A stretch of DNA of 64,000 nucleotides, from assembly GCA_003553505.1 (NCBI GenBank), contig PWEN01000033.1, forward strand, positions 14,518-78,517. Reading direction: 5' to 3'. The translations under genes were made by a program, and so were the position numbers. The notes beneath the pieces were generated by a model, which was not told the DNA's origin, made no database searches, and worked only from the letters and a program-made list of their open reading frames with translations. Below are positions 45,311 to 54,900 of the stretch, piece after piece. Source of the DNA: Candidatus Nealsonbacteria bacterium (GTDB lineage Bacteria; Patescibacteriota; Minisyncoccia; Minisyncoccales; PWPS01). Within the stretch, counting starts at the first letter, position 1; every line of letters starts with the position of its first letter.

Positions 45311-46981
45311 ATGAGCAGTGTTTCATTAAAAATAGACGGAAAAGATGCTTCTTTAACAACAAAAAAGCCTCTCCTTTTAGCGGTAAAAGAAGAAGGGTAC
45401 AACCCTCCTTATCTTTGTTGCCATGAAGACGTAGAAAAAGATAGCTGTTGTGGTGTCTGCTTGCTGGAAATCGATGGAGAAGTAGTGTCTGCTTGCAAGA
45501 TGACAGCAGAAGAGAACATGGAGATACTTACTGACTCTCCAAGAGTAAGAGAGGAGGTAAAAAAGAATCTTCAAGAGGCTTTTAAAAAACATAAACTAAA
45601 GTGCAAAGACTGTTTCTTTTTCCAAAAATGTAAGTTGCTTGAACTGGGAAGAGAGTTTGGTGTTTCTCCGGCAATAGAGAAGGAAGAGGGGTCTAGTTTT
45701 CAAGTGGGATCTATTTTGTTTGATCAAGAGAAGTGCATTGGTTGCAACAACTGTGTCAGTGTTTGTCCCGTGGGCTTTTTGGAGACAAAAGAAGAAGTTG
45801 TTGAGCCGTCAAGAGATAAAGAAGTTGATTGTACGAGTTGCGGACAGTGTGCTCTTCACTGTCCCGTAGGGGCAATCAAGGGAGAAGGAGAGTTTGAGGA
45901 ACTAGAAGAGTTAGAGGAGGCATTTAAGAAAAAGACAGTGGTTGTTCAGTTTGCTCCTTCTATAAGGACGAGCATAGGAGAGGAGTTTGGGATGGATGCG
46001 GGTACGGTTAGTACCGGTCAACTGGTGTCTGCCCTTAGAAGGTCCGGTTTTCATTACGTTTTTGATACTGCTACGGGTGCCGATTTTACTACCATAGAGG
46101 AAGCGGAAGAGCTTCTAGAGCGCTTGTCTGAAAAGAAGAATCTTCCCGCTATGTCTTCTTGTTGTCCTGCATGGGTAAGCTTTTTGGAGTTCAACTACCC
46201 GCACCTTATTTCTAATTTGTGTACTTCGCGATCTCCGCAGATCATTCTCGGGACGATCATAAAAGAGTATTGGGGCAAAGCAAGAGATGATATTTTTGTT
46301 GTTTCTGTTATGCCTTGTACGGCAAAAAAAGAAGAGATAAAAAGAAAAGAGTTGGAAGTAAGAGGGAAAAAGGCGGTTGATATGGTTATTACCACCAGAG
46401 AGGCTGCAAGGTTGTTTAAGAACAAGAAAGTCTCTTTTGATAAAGAAGAAGTGGCGGACGACCCTTTGGGATCGCCTTCCGGCGCGGGAGTGATATACGG
46501 ATCCAGCGGAGGTGTTTTTGAGTCCGCTCTAAGAACAGCTTTTTTTAGGGCGACAGGAGAGAATATAACGGAAATTACAGAGATAAGAGGAACAGAGAGT
46601 ATAAAAGAGAAAAAGATAGACATAAAAGGAGAAACGCTCAATGTTTGTGTGGTAAGCGGGCTTTGTAATATAAAGAAGGTTTTAAGTGATGTAGAAAAAG
46701 GAGAAAGCCCTTTTCATGCCATAGAAGTAATGGCTTGTCCGGGGGGCTGTGTTGGTGGAGGAGGGCAGCCTGTTCCTTCAAGCAAAAAGACAACATCTCA
46801 AAGAGGAAGATCTTTGTACACCATTGATGCCCAAAAGAGTGTAAGGCGGGCACATGAGAATAAGCAGGTAATGGAGGTTTATAAAGAGTTTCTTTCTAAT
46901 GAAGAAAAACGAAAAGAGATGCTACACACAAGTTACAATCCTAAAAAGAAAAAGTTAATTGAGAAAAAAGATAAAAAGTAA
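45311..46981 (+). CDS. [FeFe]-hydrogenase, monomeric multi-cluster type
   Basis: N-terminal 2Fe-2S domain; HKLKCKDC...C cluster; two CxxCxxCxxxCP ferredoxin motifs. H-cluster motifs SSCCPAW, MPCTAKKEE, EVMACPGGCVGGGGQP. ATG at 45311 preferred over the listed TTG 45302. Confidence 0.88.
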   Translation: MSSVSLKIDGKDASLTTKKPLLLAVKEEGYNPPYLCCHEDVEKDSCCGVCLLEIDGEVVSACKMTAEENMEILTDSPRVREEVKKNLQEAFKKHKLKCKDCFFFQKCKLLELGREFGVSPAIEKEEGSSFQVGSILFDQEKCIGCNNCVSVCPVGFLETKEEVVEPSRDKEVDCTSCGQCALHCPVGAIKGEGEFEELEELEEAFKKKTVVVQFAPSIRTSIGEEFGMDAGTVSTGQLVSALRRSGFHYVFDTATGADFTTIEEAEELLERLSEKKNLPAMSSCCPAWVSFLEFNYPHLISNLCTSRSPQIILGTIIKEYWGKARDDIFVVSVMPCTAKKEEIKRKELEVRGKKAVDMVITTREAARLFKNKKVSFDKEEVADDPLGSPSGAGVIYGSSGGVFESALRTAFFRATGENITEITEIRGTESIKEKKIDIKGETLNVCVVSGLCNIKKVLSDVEKGESPFHAIEVMACPGGCVGGGGQPVPSSKKTTSQRGRSLYTIDAQKSVRRAHENKQVMEVYKEFLSNEEKRKEMLHTSYNPKKKKLIEKKDKK

Positions 46982-47459
46982 AGTTATCGCTATAAGCAGA
47001 GAAAGCATTCTTTTAAGGCTGCTGGTTTTTGTGGTTGTTGCTTTTCTTGCGCCCGTGGTCTTGCACCATCAAGCACTTACCGGGCCGGTAGTCAATGCCA
47101 CGCTTTTTATAAGCACTCTTTCTCTTGGCGTGCGATTTGGGGTGTTGGTTGGTGTTATTCCCAGCATTGTCGCTTTTTCTGTAGGCCTTCTTCCTGCTCC
47201 TCTTTTCCCCATGATTCCTTTTATAATGCTTGCAAATATTGCTCTTGTTTTTGTGTTTAACGCTTTAAGAGAGAAAGGTTTTTGGATCGCGGTCATTGCC
47301 GCCTCTTTTGTTAAATTTGCTTTTCTTTACTCCGCAAGCTCGCTTGCCTTAACGGAGATCCTTCCGCAGAATGTTTCTCTTATGATGAGTTGGCCGCAGC
47401 TAATTACCGCTCTTGCCGGTGGAGTTATTGCTTTTTTTTACAAAAAGATCACTTCCTGA
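46959..47459 (+). CDS. integral membrane protein (about 5 TM), overlaps the hydrogenase 3' end
   Basis: ORF with no ATG near its start (TTG 46959 as listed; start uncertain); HHQALTGPVVNATLF followed by hydrophobic helices. Confidence 0.45.
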   Translation: MRKKIKSKVIAISRESILLRLLVFVVVAFLAPVVLHHQALTGPVVNATLFISTLSLGVRFGVLVGVIPSIVAFSVGLLPAPLFPMIPFIMLANIALVFVFNALREKGFWIAVIAASFVKFAFLYSASSLALTEILPQNVSLMMSWPQLITALAGGVIAFFYKKITS

Positions 47460-48015
47460 AAACGGAAACACCGATCACTTTTTGATATCCTTTCTCTTTC
47501 ATTTTTTTAGCCGCTTTCTCCATTTTAGATGTGTAAAGCAAAGAGAAGATGATAATGTTGTGTGATCTTTTGGCGCAGTGAAGTGGTTCTTTTATTTTTT
47601 TAACGATCTCTTTGTTTATGTCATATCCCGCCACCTTTTTCTTTTTGAAAGGAAGGTGCTTGATGCGGAAGTTTTCTGTTTCGGGGGCTTTCTTTAGCGA
47701 AAGAAAGTGCCTCAGAACAAGGCCTGAAAGAGGATAAGAAAGATCCTTTAAAAAAGGCTCTTTGGTGTATTTTTTGAAGATATCTTTTGCAAGAACACCT
47801 TTCAAGGGGGAGGCAAAATAGAGAGCATCAAGGCTTTGGAGTCGGCATTTTTTGCACTTTAAAACTCCCGTTTTGGGGTTTTCACACAAGCAGTACGTTT
47901 TCTCCATCGCTTCTATCAGGAAAAAGCAGTCTTCGCAAAGAAAAGACCCTTCTTTGTTGCACCCGACACAAAATCGTGGAAAGAATATATTTTCTATTAT
48001 CTTGCTGATATTCAT
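47449..48015 (-). CDS. ComF-family protein (double zinc ribbon plus degenerate PRTase-like domain)
   Basis: FPRFCVGCNKEGSFLCEDC ... CKKC zinc-ribbon pattern and YFASPLKGVLAKDIFKKYTKEP typical of the ComFC N-terminal half. Confidence 0.55.
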   Translation of the reverse strand: MNISKIIENIFFPRFCVGCNKEGSFLCEDCFFLIEAMEKTYCLCENPKTGVLKCKKCRLQSLDALYFASPLKGVLAKDIFKKYTKEPFLKDLSYPLSGLVLRHFLSLKKAPETENFRIKHLPFKKKKVAGYDINKEIVKKIKEPLHCAKRSHNIIIFSLLYTSKMEKAAKKMKEKGYQKVIGVSVFRK

Positions 48016-48055
48016 TGTTTTATCTTATAATAATACTTAAAGATTAATTTTAAAA

Positions 48056-48772
48056 ATGCCTCTTCTTTTGTTTTTGCTTGGGACGGGCGCAGGCTCGTTT
48101 CTTAACTGTTTAACCTATAGAATATATCGCGGGAAAAGCATACTCGGGAGATCTTTTTGTGATAACTGTGGCCATGTTTTGCATATAAGAGACTTGGTTC
48201 CCCTTTTCAGTTATATTCTTTTTCGTGGAAAGTGTCGTTATTGTCTTAAGAGAATATCTTTTCAGCACCCGCTTGTGGAGTTTATGACAGGAGCTTTGTT
48301 TGCTTCTTTTTATATTCCCGTTTACTCTCTTACAGATATTGCAACACTTTTTTATTTCTTATTTATTGCGTCTCTTCTTATTTTTGTTTTTGTCTATAGC
48401 GCGAGACATCTTGTGGTTCCTACAAAACCATCTCTTCTTCTGATTGCATCCTCTTTTTTATATCGTTTTTTTGAGAACTATAAGGACTGGAGCATGCTTT
48501 TTGAGTTTCTTTGTTGTGCGGGAATTGCCTTTTTGCTGCTTCTTTTTTTGAGCGGGAGAACGGGAGAAGCAAGTTATGCTGCTTTTATGGGACTTTTCTT
48601 GGGGTTTCCCTTAATTATTCCCGGTCTTTTTCTTTCCTTTGTTTTTGGTGTTATAATAACAACAGTGTTGTTTGCTGTTGAAGGAAGAAGAAAGATCCCC
48701 TTGGGAGCTTTTCTTGTTACCGGAACGCTTGCTGCTCACTTTGCAGGCAAGGAGATAATTTTATTTTTATGA
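48056..48772 (+). CDS. prepilin peptidase (A24)-fold protein, catalytic Asp residues apparently substituted
   Basis: N-terminal FCDNCGH...RDLVPLFSYILFRGKCRYC zinc-binding segment and C-terminal IPLGAFLV are typical of PilD. Expected Asp positions read SARHLVVPT and SGRTGEAS. Confidence 0.7.
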   Translation: MPLLLFLLGTGAGSFLNCLTYRIYRGKSILGRSFCDNCGHVLHIRDLVPLFSYILFRGKCRYCLKRISFQHPLVEFMTGALFASFYIPVYSLTDIATLFYFLFIASLLIFVFVYSARHLVVPTKPSLLLIASSFLYRFFENYKDWSMLFEFLCCAGIAFLLLLFLSGRTGEASYAAFMGLFLGFPLIIPGLFLSFVFGVIITTVLFAVEGRRKIPLGAFLVTGTLAAHFAGKEIILFL

Positions 48773-50757
48773 AAGAAAAAGAAGCAAGAAAGAGAATAGA
48801 AAAACTAAAAAAGTTGATCGATCATCACCGCTATCTTTACCATGTCTGTGACAGGCAAGAGATATCGCCCGAAGCTCTTGATTCTCTTAAAAAAGAACTT
48901 TTTGATCTGGAAGAGAGATTTCCTCATCTTGTTACTCCTGATTCTCCCACTCAAAGAGTGGGAGGGAAGCCCTTGGAAAAGTTTGAGAAAACGAGACACT
49001 ACACAGAGATGTTGTCGTTGCAGGACGCCTTTGAGGAAAAAGACATGCTTGATTTTGAAAAAAGACTGAAGCGCATAACGGAAGAAGAGTTTTCTTTTTT
49101 CTGTGAGGCGAAGATGGACGGGTTGGCAGTAGAGCTTGTTTACAGCGAAGGCCTTCTTGTTTCCGCTTCTACTCGCGGCGATGGACGTGTTGGGGAAGAG
49201 GTTTTAGAGAACATAAAAACAATAGAAGCAGTCCCTTTGTCGCTTACAAAAGAGGAAAGCATTGTTGTAAGAGGTGAAGTGTTTATAACAAAAGAAGAGT
49301 TTTTGCGCCTCAATGAAGAACGAAAAAAGGAAGGACTTCCCTTGTATGCTAATCCGAGAAATATTGCTGCCGGGTCTGTAAGACAGCTTGACCCGAAAGT
49401 AGCGGCAAGCAGAAATCTTGACTTCTTTGCTTATGATCTTGTTTGTGATGCAAAAAAAGGGGATACGGTGACTCCCCTGGGAACGGAAACACACCAAGAG
49501 AAGCACCACTTTCTTCGTGACATGGGACTCAAAGTGGTTCCTTATGAGAAAGAGTGTTATACCATGAAAGAAGTATTTGACTTCTACAAAAAAGTCTCCG
49601 AGCAAAGAAAAAAGCTTTCTTATGAGATAGACGGAGTTGCTGTTATTGTTAATGAGAACCGCATATTTTCTCACATGGGAACGGTAGGCAAAGCCCCCAG
49701 AGGAGCGATCGCGTACAAGTTTCCCTTAAAGCAAAGAACAAGTGTCATAGAGGATGTTCTTTTTCAGGTAGGAAGAACGGGAGTTGTAACTCCCGTAGCT
49801 CTTCTTTCTCCCGTTTCTTTGGGAGGAGTAGTTGTTTCACGTGCCACGCTGCACAATGAAGATGAGATAAAGCGCCTCGATGCGCGCATGGGGGACAGTG
49901 TTGTTGTTGGCAGAGCCGGAGATGTCATACCACGTGTAGTAAAGGTATTAAAAGAGCTGCGCACCGGAAAAGAAAAGGTGATCCGTTTTCCTAAAAAGTG
50001 TCCGTTGTGCAGTAGTCGCTTGCTTCGCCCTGAAGGAGAGGCACGCTGGTACTGCAAGAACAAGCAGTGTTATGGTGTAAGAAAAGAGCGTTTTGCTCAT
50101 TTCGTGTCCAAGAAAGGATTTGACATAGAAGGGCTTGGAGAAAAAGTTATCGACAAGCTTCTTTCCGAAGGAGTTATTAGTCATCCCGCGGACCTTTTTG
50201 CACTAAAGGAGGGAGATCTTGCCCCGTTGGAACGTTTTGCGGATAAGTCTGCGAAAAACATTGTTTCTTCTATAGAAAAAAGTAAAGAGGTGCCCTTTTC
50301 ACGCTTTCTTTACGCTTTGTCTATTCCTCACGTTGGAGAGCAAACGGCGCGCCTTCTTTCTTACAGATTCAAAGATCTTTCTACGCTAAAAAAGGCCTCC
50401 TTGGAAGAGATAATGCAGATTCCTGATATAGGTCCGTCTACTGCACAGAGTGTGTTTGATTTTATGCGGGAAAACGAAGATACTTTTTATAAACTGCAAG
50501 AGGCGGGAATAAAAATAAAGAGTGAGTCTGCCGGAAGCTCTCTTAAAGGAAAAAGTTTTGTTATAACCGGAACGCTTTCTATTTCAAGAGAAGAAGCAAA
50601 AAAAGGAATAATAAACAAAGGAGGAAGAGTTTCTTCTTCCGTTTCTTCTTCTACGGATTATCTTGTTTGTGGCAATGATCCCGGATCAAAACTTGAAAGA
50701 GCAAAAGAGTTGGGAGTAGAAGTTATAAATGAAAATCAGCTAATGAAGATTTTATGA
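48769..50757 (+). CDS. ligA: NAD-dependent DNA ligase LigA
   Basis: Adenylation CEAKMDGLA (KxDG), Zn finger CPLC...C..C, HhH repeats, C-terminal BRCT (FVITGTL). Confidence 0.96.
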   Translation: MKEKEARKRIEKLKKLIDHHRYLYHVCDRQEISPEALDSLKKELFDLEERFPHLVTPDSPTQRVGGKPLEKFEKTRHYTEMLSLQDAFEEKDMLDFEKRLKRITEEEFSFFCEAKMDGLAVELVYSEGLLVSASTRGDGRVGEEVLENIKTIEAVPLSLTKEESIVVRGEVFITKEEFLRLNEERKKEGLPLYANPRNIAAGSVRQLDPKVAASRNLDFFAYDLVCDAKKGDTVTPLGTETHQEKHHFLRDMGLKVVPYEKECYTMKEVFDFYKKVSEQRKKLSYEIDGVAVIVNENRIFSHMGTVGKAPRGAIAYKFPLKQRTSVIEDVLFQVGRTGVVTPVALLSPVSLGGVVVSRATLHNEDEIKRLDARMGDSVVVGRAGDVIPRVVKVLKELRTGKEKVIRFPKKCPLCSSRLLRPEGEARWYCKNKQCYGVRKERFAHFVSKKGFDIEGLGEKVIDKLLSEGVISHPADLFALKEGDLAPLERFADKSAKNIVSSIEKSKEVPFSRFLYALSIPHVGEQTARLLSYRFKDLSTLKKASLEEIMQIPDIGPSTAQSVFDFMRENEDTFYKLQEAGIKIKSESAGSSLKGKSFVITGTLSISREEAKKGIINKGGRVSSSVSSSTDYLVCGNDPGSKLERAKELGVEVINENQLMKIL

Positions 50758-50861
50758 GTTTTATTATTTCCAAAATAAGACACATAGATCCGTTTATCTT
50801 TTTTTCTGTTATTTGAATCTCTATTATCGGACTTCTTTCCATAAAAAGTTCTAGCCCGGAG

Positions 50862-51839
50862 TTGTTTACAAGACAACTGGTATTTGTGGTCTTTGGATTT
50901 TTTGTGATGTATCTTATTTCTTTTGTTGACTGGAGAGTTTTTCGTGACAATCCGTTGTTTATTCTTGTTTTCTATCTTGGCTCCGTACTTCTTTTGTTGG
51001 GACTTTTTGAGTTTGGAGAAGAAGCAAGAGGGGTTTATCGCTGGTACAGCGTAGGGCCGGTATTCATAGACCCTGCGGAGATCACAAAGCTTGTGCTTAT
51101 AATACTGTTTGCGAAGTACTTTTCTACTCGCCATGCGGAGATGTACAGGGTCTCACATATACTACTTTCCGTTTTCTATGTTCTCATTCCCGCCCTTCTT
51201 ATTTTCCGCCAGCCTGATTTGGGGTCCGCCTTGATCATTGTCATTATGTGGTTTGGAATGCTTCTTCTTTCGGGAATAAAATTAAAACATTTTGCTCTAC
51301 TGTGTCTTGCTGGAGTTCTGATAATTTCTTCCGGCTGGATGTTCTTTATGGAGGATTATCAGAGAGATAGAGTCTTGAGCTTTGTAGAGCCTGATCTTGA
51401 TCCGCGAGGCATAGGGTGGGGTCAAAACCAAGCCAGAATCGCTGTCGGGAACGGAGGACTCTTAGGAGAAGGGTTGGGAAGCGGGTCTCAAACACAGTAT
51501 GGATTTCTTCCGGAGAGTCATACGGACTATATCTTTGCCGCTATAGCAGAAGAGATGGGGTTTTTAGGGGTTCTCGTTCTTTTGTCTCTTTTCTTGGTTC
51601 TTTTGTGGCGGTGCATAGTTATAGTGCTTTCTTCCAAGACGAACTTTCCGCGCCTCCTTGTTTCCGGCTTTGCAATTATCATATTTGTGCAGGTGTTTAT
51701 AAATGTGGGAATGAATCTTGGAATAATGCCTATAGTAGGAACACCGCTTCCTCTTGTGAGTTATGGAGGAAGCAGCTTGCTTTTTGTTTTTGCGGGACTG
51801 GGATTGGTTCACAGTATAAGATTTGACAAAAATAAATGA
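50862..51839 (+). CDS. SEDS-family peptidoglycan polymerase (RodA/FtsW); see finding on the upstream in-frame TGA
   Basis: Multi-TM protein with PESHTDYIFAAIAEEMG and LPLVSYGGSSLL motifs. The listed ORF begins at TTG 50862, but homology-like sequence continues upstream to ATG 50754 across a TGA at 50814-16. Confidence 0.85.
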   Translation: MFTRQLVFVVFGFFVMYLISFVDWRVFRDNPLFILVFYLGSVLLLLGLFEFGEEARGVYRWYSVGPVFIDPAEITKLVLIILFAKYFSTRHAEMYRVSHILLSVFYVLIPALLIFRQPDLGSALIIVIMWFGMLLLSGIKLKHFALLCLAGVLIISSGWMFFMEDYQRDRVLSFVEPDLDPRGIGWGQNQARIAVGNGGLLGEGLGSGSQTQYGFLPESHTDYIFAAIAEEMGFLGVLVLLSLFLVLLWRCIVIVLSSKTNFPRLLVSGFAIIIFVQVFINVGMNLGIMPIVGTPLPLVSYGGSSLLFVFAGLGLVHSIRFDKNK

Positions 51840-51850
51840 TTGAGTATAAT
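51823..51850 (+). promoter_or_regulatory. consensus sigma70 promoter TTGACA-16-TATAAT upstream of rpoBC
   Basis: ttgaca (51823-28), 16-nt spacer, tataat (51845-50); overlaps the 3' end of rodA/ftsW. Confidence 0.65.
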
Positions 51851-51945
51851 TGTGACTACTCAAGAGTTTCTGGAAAGTTCTTATTTTCGGCGTAATACAC
51901 TCTTCTTGTTTGAGATTAAATTTTTTATAGATTAACGCAAAACAT

Positions 51946-51982
51946 CTGCACCCTAACACGTAGGGCAGTTTTGTTTTGTTTT
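51946..51982 (+). terminator. terminator-like hairpin plus T-tract in the rpoB leader (possible attenuator)
   Basis: ctg(ca)cccta-acacg-tagggcag followed by ttttgttttgtttt; ends 9 nt before the rpoB ATG. Confidence 0.45.
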
Positions 51983-51990
51983 CCGTTGCT

Positions 51991-54900
51991 ATGCAAAAAC
52001 AGAAAAATTTTGGAAAAACGAAGATATTTCAACCTTTTCCCTATCTTCTCGCGTTTCAGAAAGAATCGTGGGAAGAGTTTTGGAATAACCGACTAAGTGA
52101 GCTTTTTTATGAGATATCTCCCATAAGGGACTACACTGGAAAAGAGTGGGAGCTTTACTTTACAAATCACAAACTCGGAAAACCGAAATATAAGAACGGA
52201 AAGCAAGCAAAAGAGAACAATGACTCCTATGAAGCTCCTCTTAAGGCGGATATTGAGCTTCATAATCTAAAAACAAAGAAAGTAAAAAAACAAGAGGTTT
52301 TTTTGTGCGATTTCCCCCTCATGACAGAGAGGGGAGTTTTTGTAATAAATGGTGTTGAGAGAGTAGCCGTTTCGCAACTAATAAGATCTCCGGGGGCGTT
52401 CTTTACCGCGCAGATGATGCGCGGGTTGAAGTGTTTCGGGGTAAAAATAATACCGAATCGTGGAACTTGGCTTGAGTTTCAAGCGGAACCCACAGGATTT
52501 TTAGGAGTAAAAATAGACCGCAGAAGAAAGGTGCCTGCGACTGCTTTTCTTCGTGCCATAGGTCTTCCCGGAATGGAGCAGCCGGGATGGAAAGGCGCTA
52601 CAGATGAAGAGATAAAAGAGCTTTTCAAGGACATTGATACGGGAGAAATGCGCTATATAGAAAAAACGCTTGAGCGTGACTCTTCTAAGAATCGTGAAAC
52701 GGGTCTTGTGGAGGTGTACAAGCGTATGCGCCCCGGAGACGTTGTTACCCCTGATACGGCAAAGGAGCTTATAGAAAACACTTTTTTGAGCTTTGATCGT
52801 TACGATCTTTCAGAGGTTGGAAGATGGAGAATGCGTCAAAGGCTTCCGCAAACAAATACAAAAGAAGAGATAAATATAGAGGATAGAGTCCTTTCCCCCG
52901 AAGATGTTGTTGCCGTTTTACGTGAAGTGATAAGAATGAGTAATGATCCACAGGCAAAGGAAGATGAGATAGATCATCTCGGAAACAGAAGAGTAAGACC
53001 TTTTACGGAACTTCTTGAGAACTCTTTGCGAGTCGGTCTTGCGAGAATAGAGCGCAGCGTAAAGGATAAAATATCAACATCTGATGCAGAGGACATGAGC
53101 CCCGTAAAGCTTGTCAGTTCGCGTCCTTTTGCTGCTGCTGTGCAAAGATTTTTCTCCTCCTCACAGGTCTCGCAGTTTATGGACAATGAGAACCCCCTTG
53201 CAGAATTGGAGCACAAAAGGCGTCTTACTGCAACGGGGCCTGGGGGACTAAAGCGTGAACGTGCCGGATTTGAGGCGCGTGATGTGCAGGCTTCACACTA
53301 CGGAAGAATATGTCCCATACAAACTCCTGAAGGAGGAAACGTGGGACTTGTGAGTCAGTTATCTCTTTATGCAAGAGTTAACAGGTTTGGGTTCTTAGAG
53401 ACACCTTATTTCAAGGTCAAAAAAGGGAAAGTAACTTCTGATATACAGTATCTTAATGCTCATGAAGAAGAGAATTATATCATTGCTCACGGAGGGACAA
53501 AAGTTGATAAGAATGGGAAAATAACGGAAGAAAGAACAGAGGCAAGAATAAAAGGAGAACCCGGAATGGCAAGTAGGGAAGATGTTGATTTTATTGATGT
53601 TTCTGCGGAGCAACTTCTTTCTGTTGGAGCCTCTGCAGTTCCCTTTATTCAAAACGATGATGCAAACAGGGCTCTTATGGGAGCAAACATGCAGAGGCAG
53701 TCTGTTCCTCTTTTAAATCCCGAAGCGCCGCTTGTTTCTACTGGTATAGAGGAAACGGTTGCTCGTGACTCGGGACACGTCATTGTCGCGGAAGAGGGCG
53801 GAGAGGTAACTTCCGTAGACTCCAAGCAGGTAACCGTAAAGAGTGGCAAAGGAGAGAAAAGGTATGATCTCGATGTTTTTATGGAAAGCAATCAGAACAC
53901 TTGTTTCCACCACAGGCCGGTAGTAAAGAAGGGTGACAAAGTAAAGAAAGGACAGATAATCACTAACGGAGGAGCGGTGTCAAACGGAAGGCTCGCCCTC
54001 GGGCAAAATATTCTTGTCGCTTTTATGTCTTGGAGAGGAAGGAACTTCGAGGATGCTGTTGTTATTTCGGAGCGTCTTGTAAAAGATGACGTTTATACTT
54101 CCGTTCATATTGAAAACTTTGTGTGTGATGTGCGTGAAACAAAGCTCGGTCCGGAAGTTACTACTGCCGATATTCCCAATGTATCGGAAAAGAAACTAAA
54201 AGATCTGGATGAAGAAGGAATAGTGCGCATTGGCGCGGAAGTGGGTCCGAACGATATACTTGTGGGAAAAATATCTCCTAAAGGAAAAACAGAGTTTACA
54301 GCAGAAGAAAGGTTGTTGAAGGCTATTTTTGGAGAAAAAGCAAAAGATGTTAAGTATACTTCTCTTGTCATGGAACACGGAAAGCGTGGGCGCGTAATAG
54401 GAGTGAAGGTTTTTTCGCGTGATGATGGCCACAAGATGGACACGGGAGTTATAAAGCGCATAGAAGTAAAGGTGGCGCAAACAAGAAAGATCCAAGCAGG
54501 AGACAAGCTTGCCGGCAGGCACGGTAACAAAGGTGTTATCTCTCAAGTTCTTCCGGAAGAAGAGATGCCTTTTCTTGAAGACGGAACCCCCGTGGACATT
54601 GTCTTAAATCCTCTTTCCGTTATTTCGCGCATGAATCTGGGACAGATCCTGGAAACGCATCTTGGGCTTGCTGCTAAGAAAGGAGAATATATAGCGGTGA
54701 CCCCCTCTCTTTCCGGGGCGGTAGATACGGACATAAAAGAAGAGTTGAAGAACAACGATCTTCCGGAGGATGGTAAGATGAGTGTTTTTGACGGGAAAAG
54801 CGGAGATCCTTTCCCGGGCAAAATGACGGTGGGTTATATATACATGATGAAGCTTGCCCACATGGTGGAAGATAAGATACATATGCGTTCCATCGGACCT

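Noticed and set aside
51416-51826. 136-aa alternative-frame ORF within the SEDS gene, and similar internal ORFs in rpoB/rpoC/gyrA
   Set aside because: They overlap strongly conserved coding frames, have Arg/Ser-rich nonsense composition, and show no independent signals.
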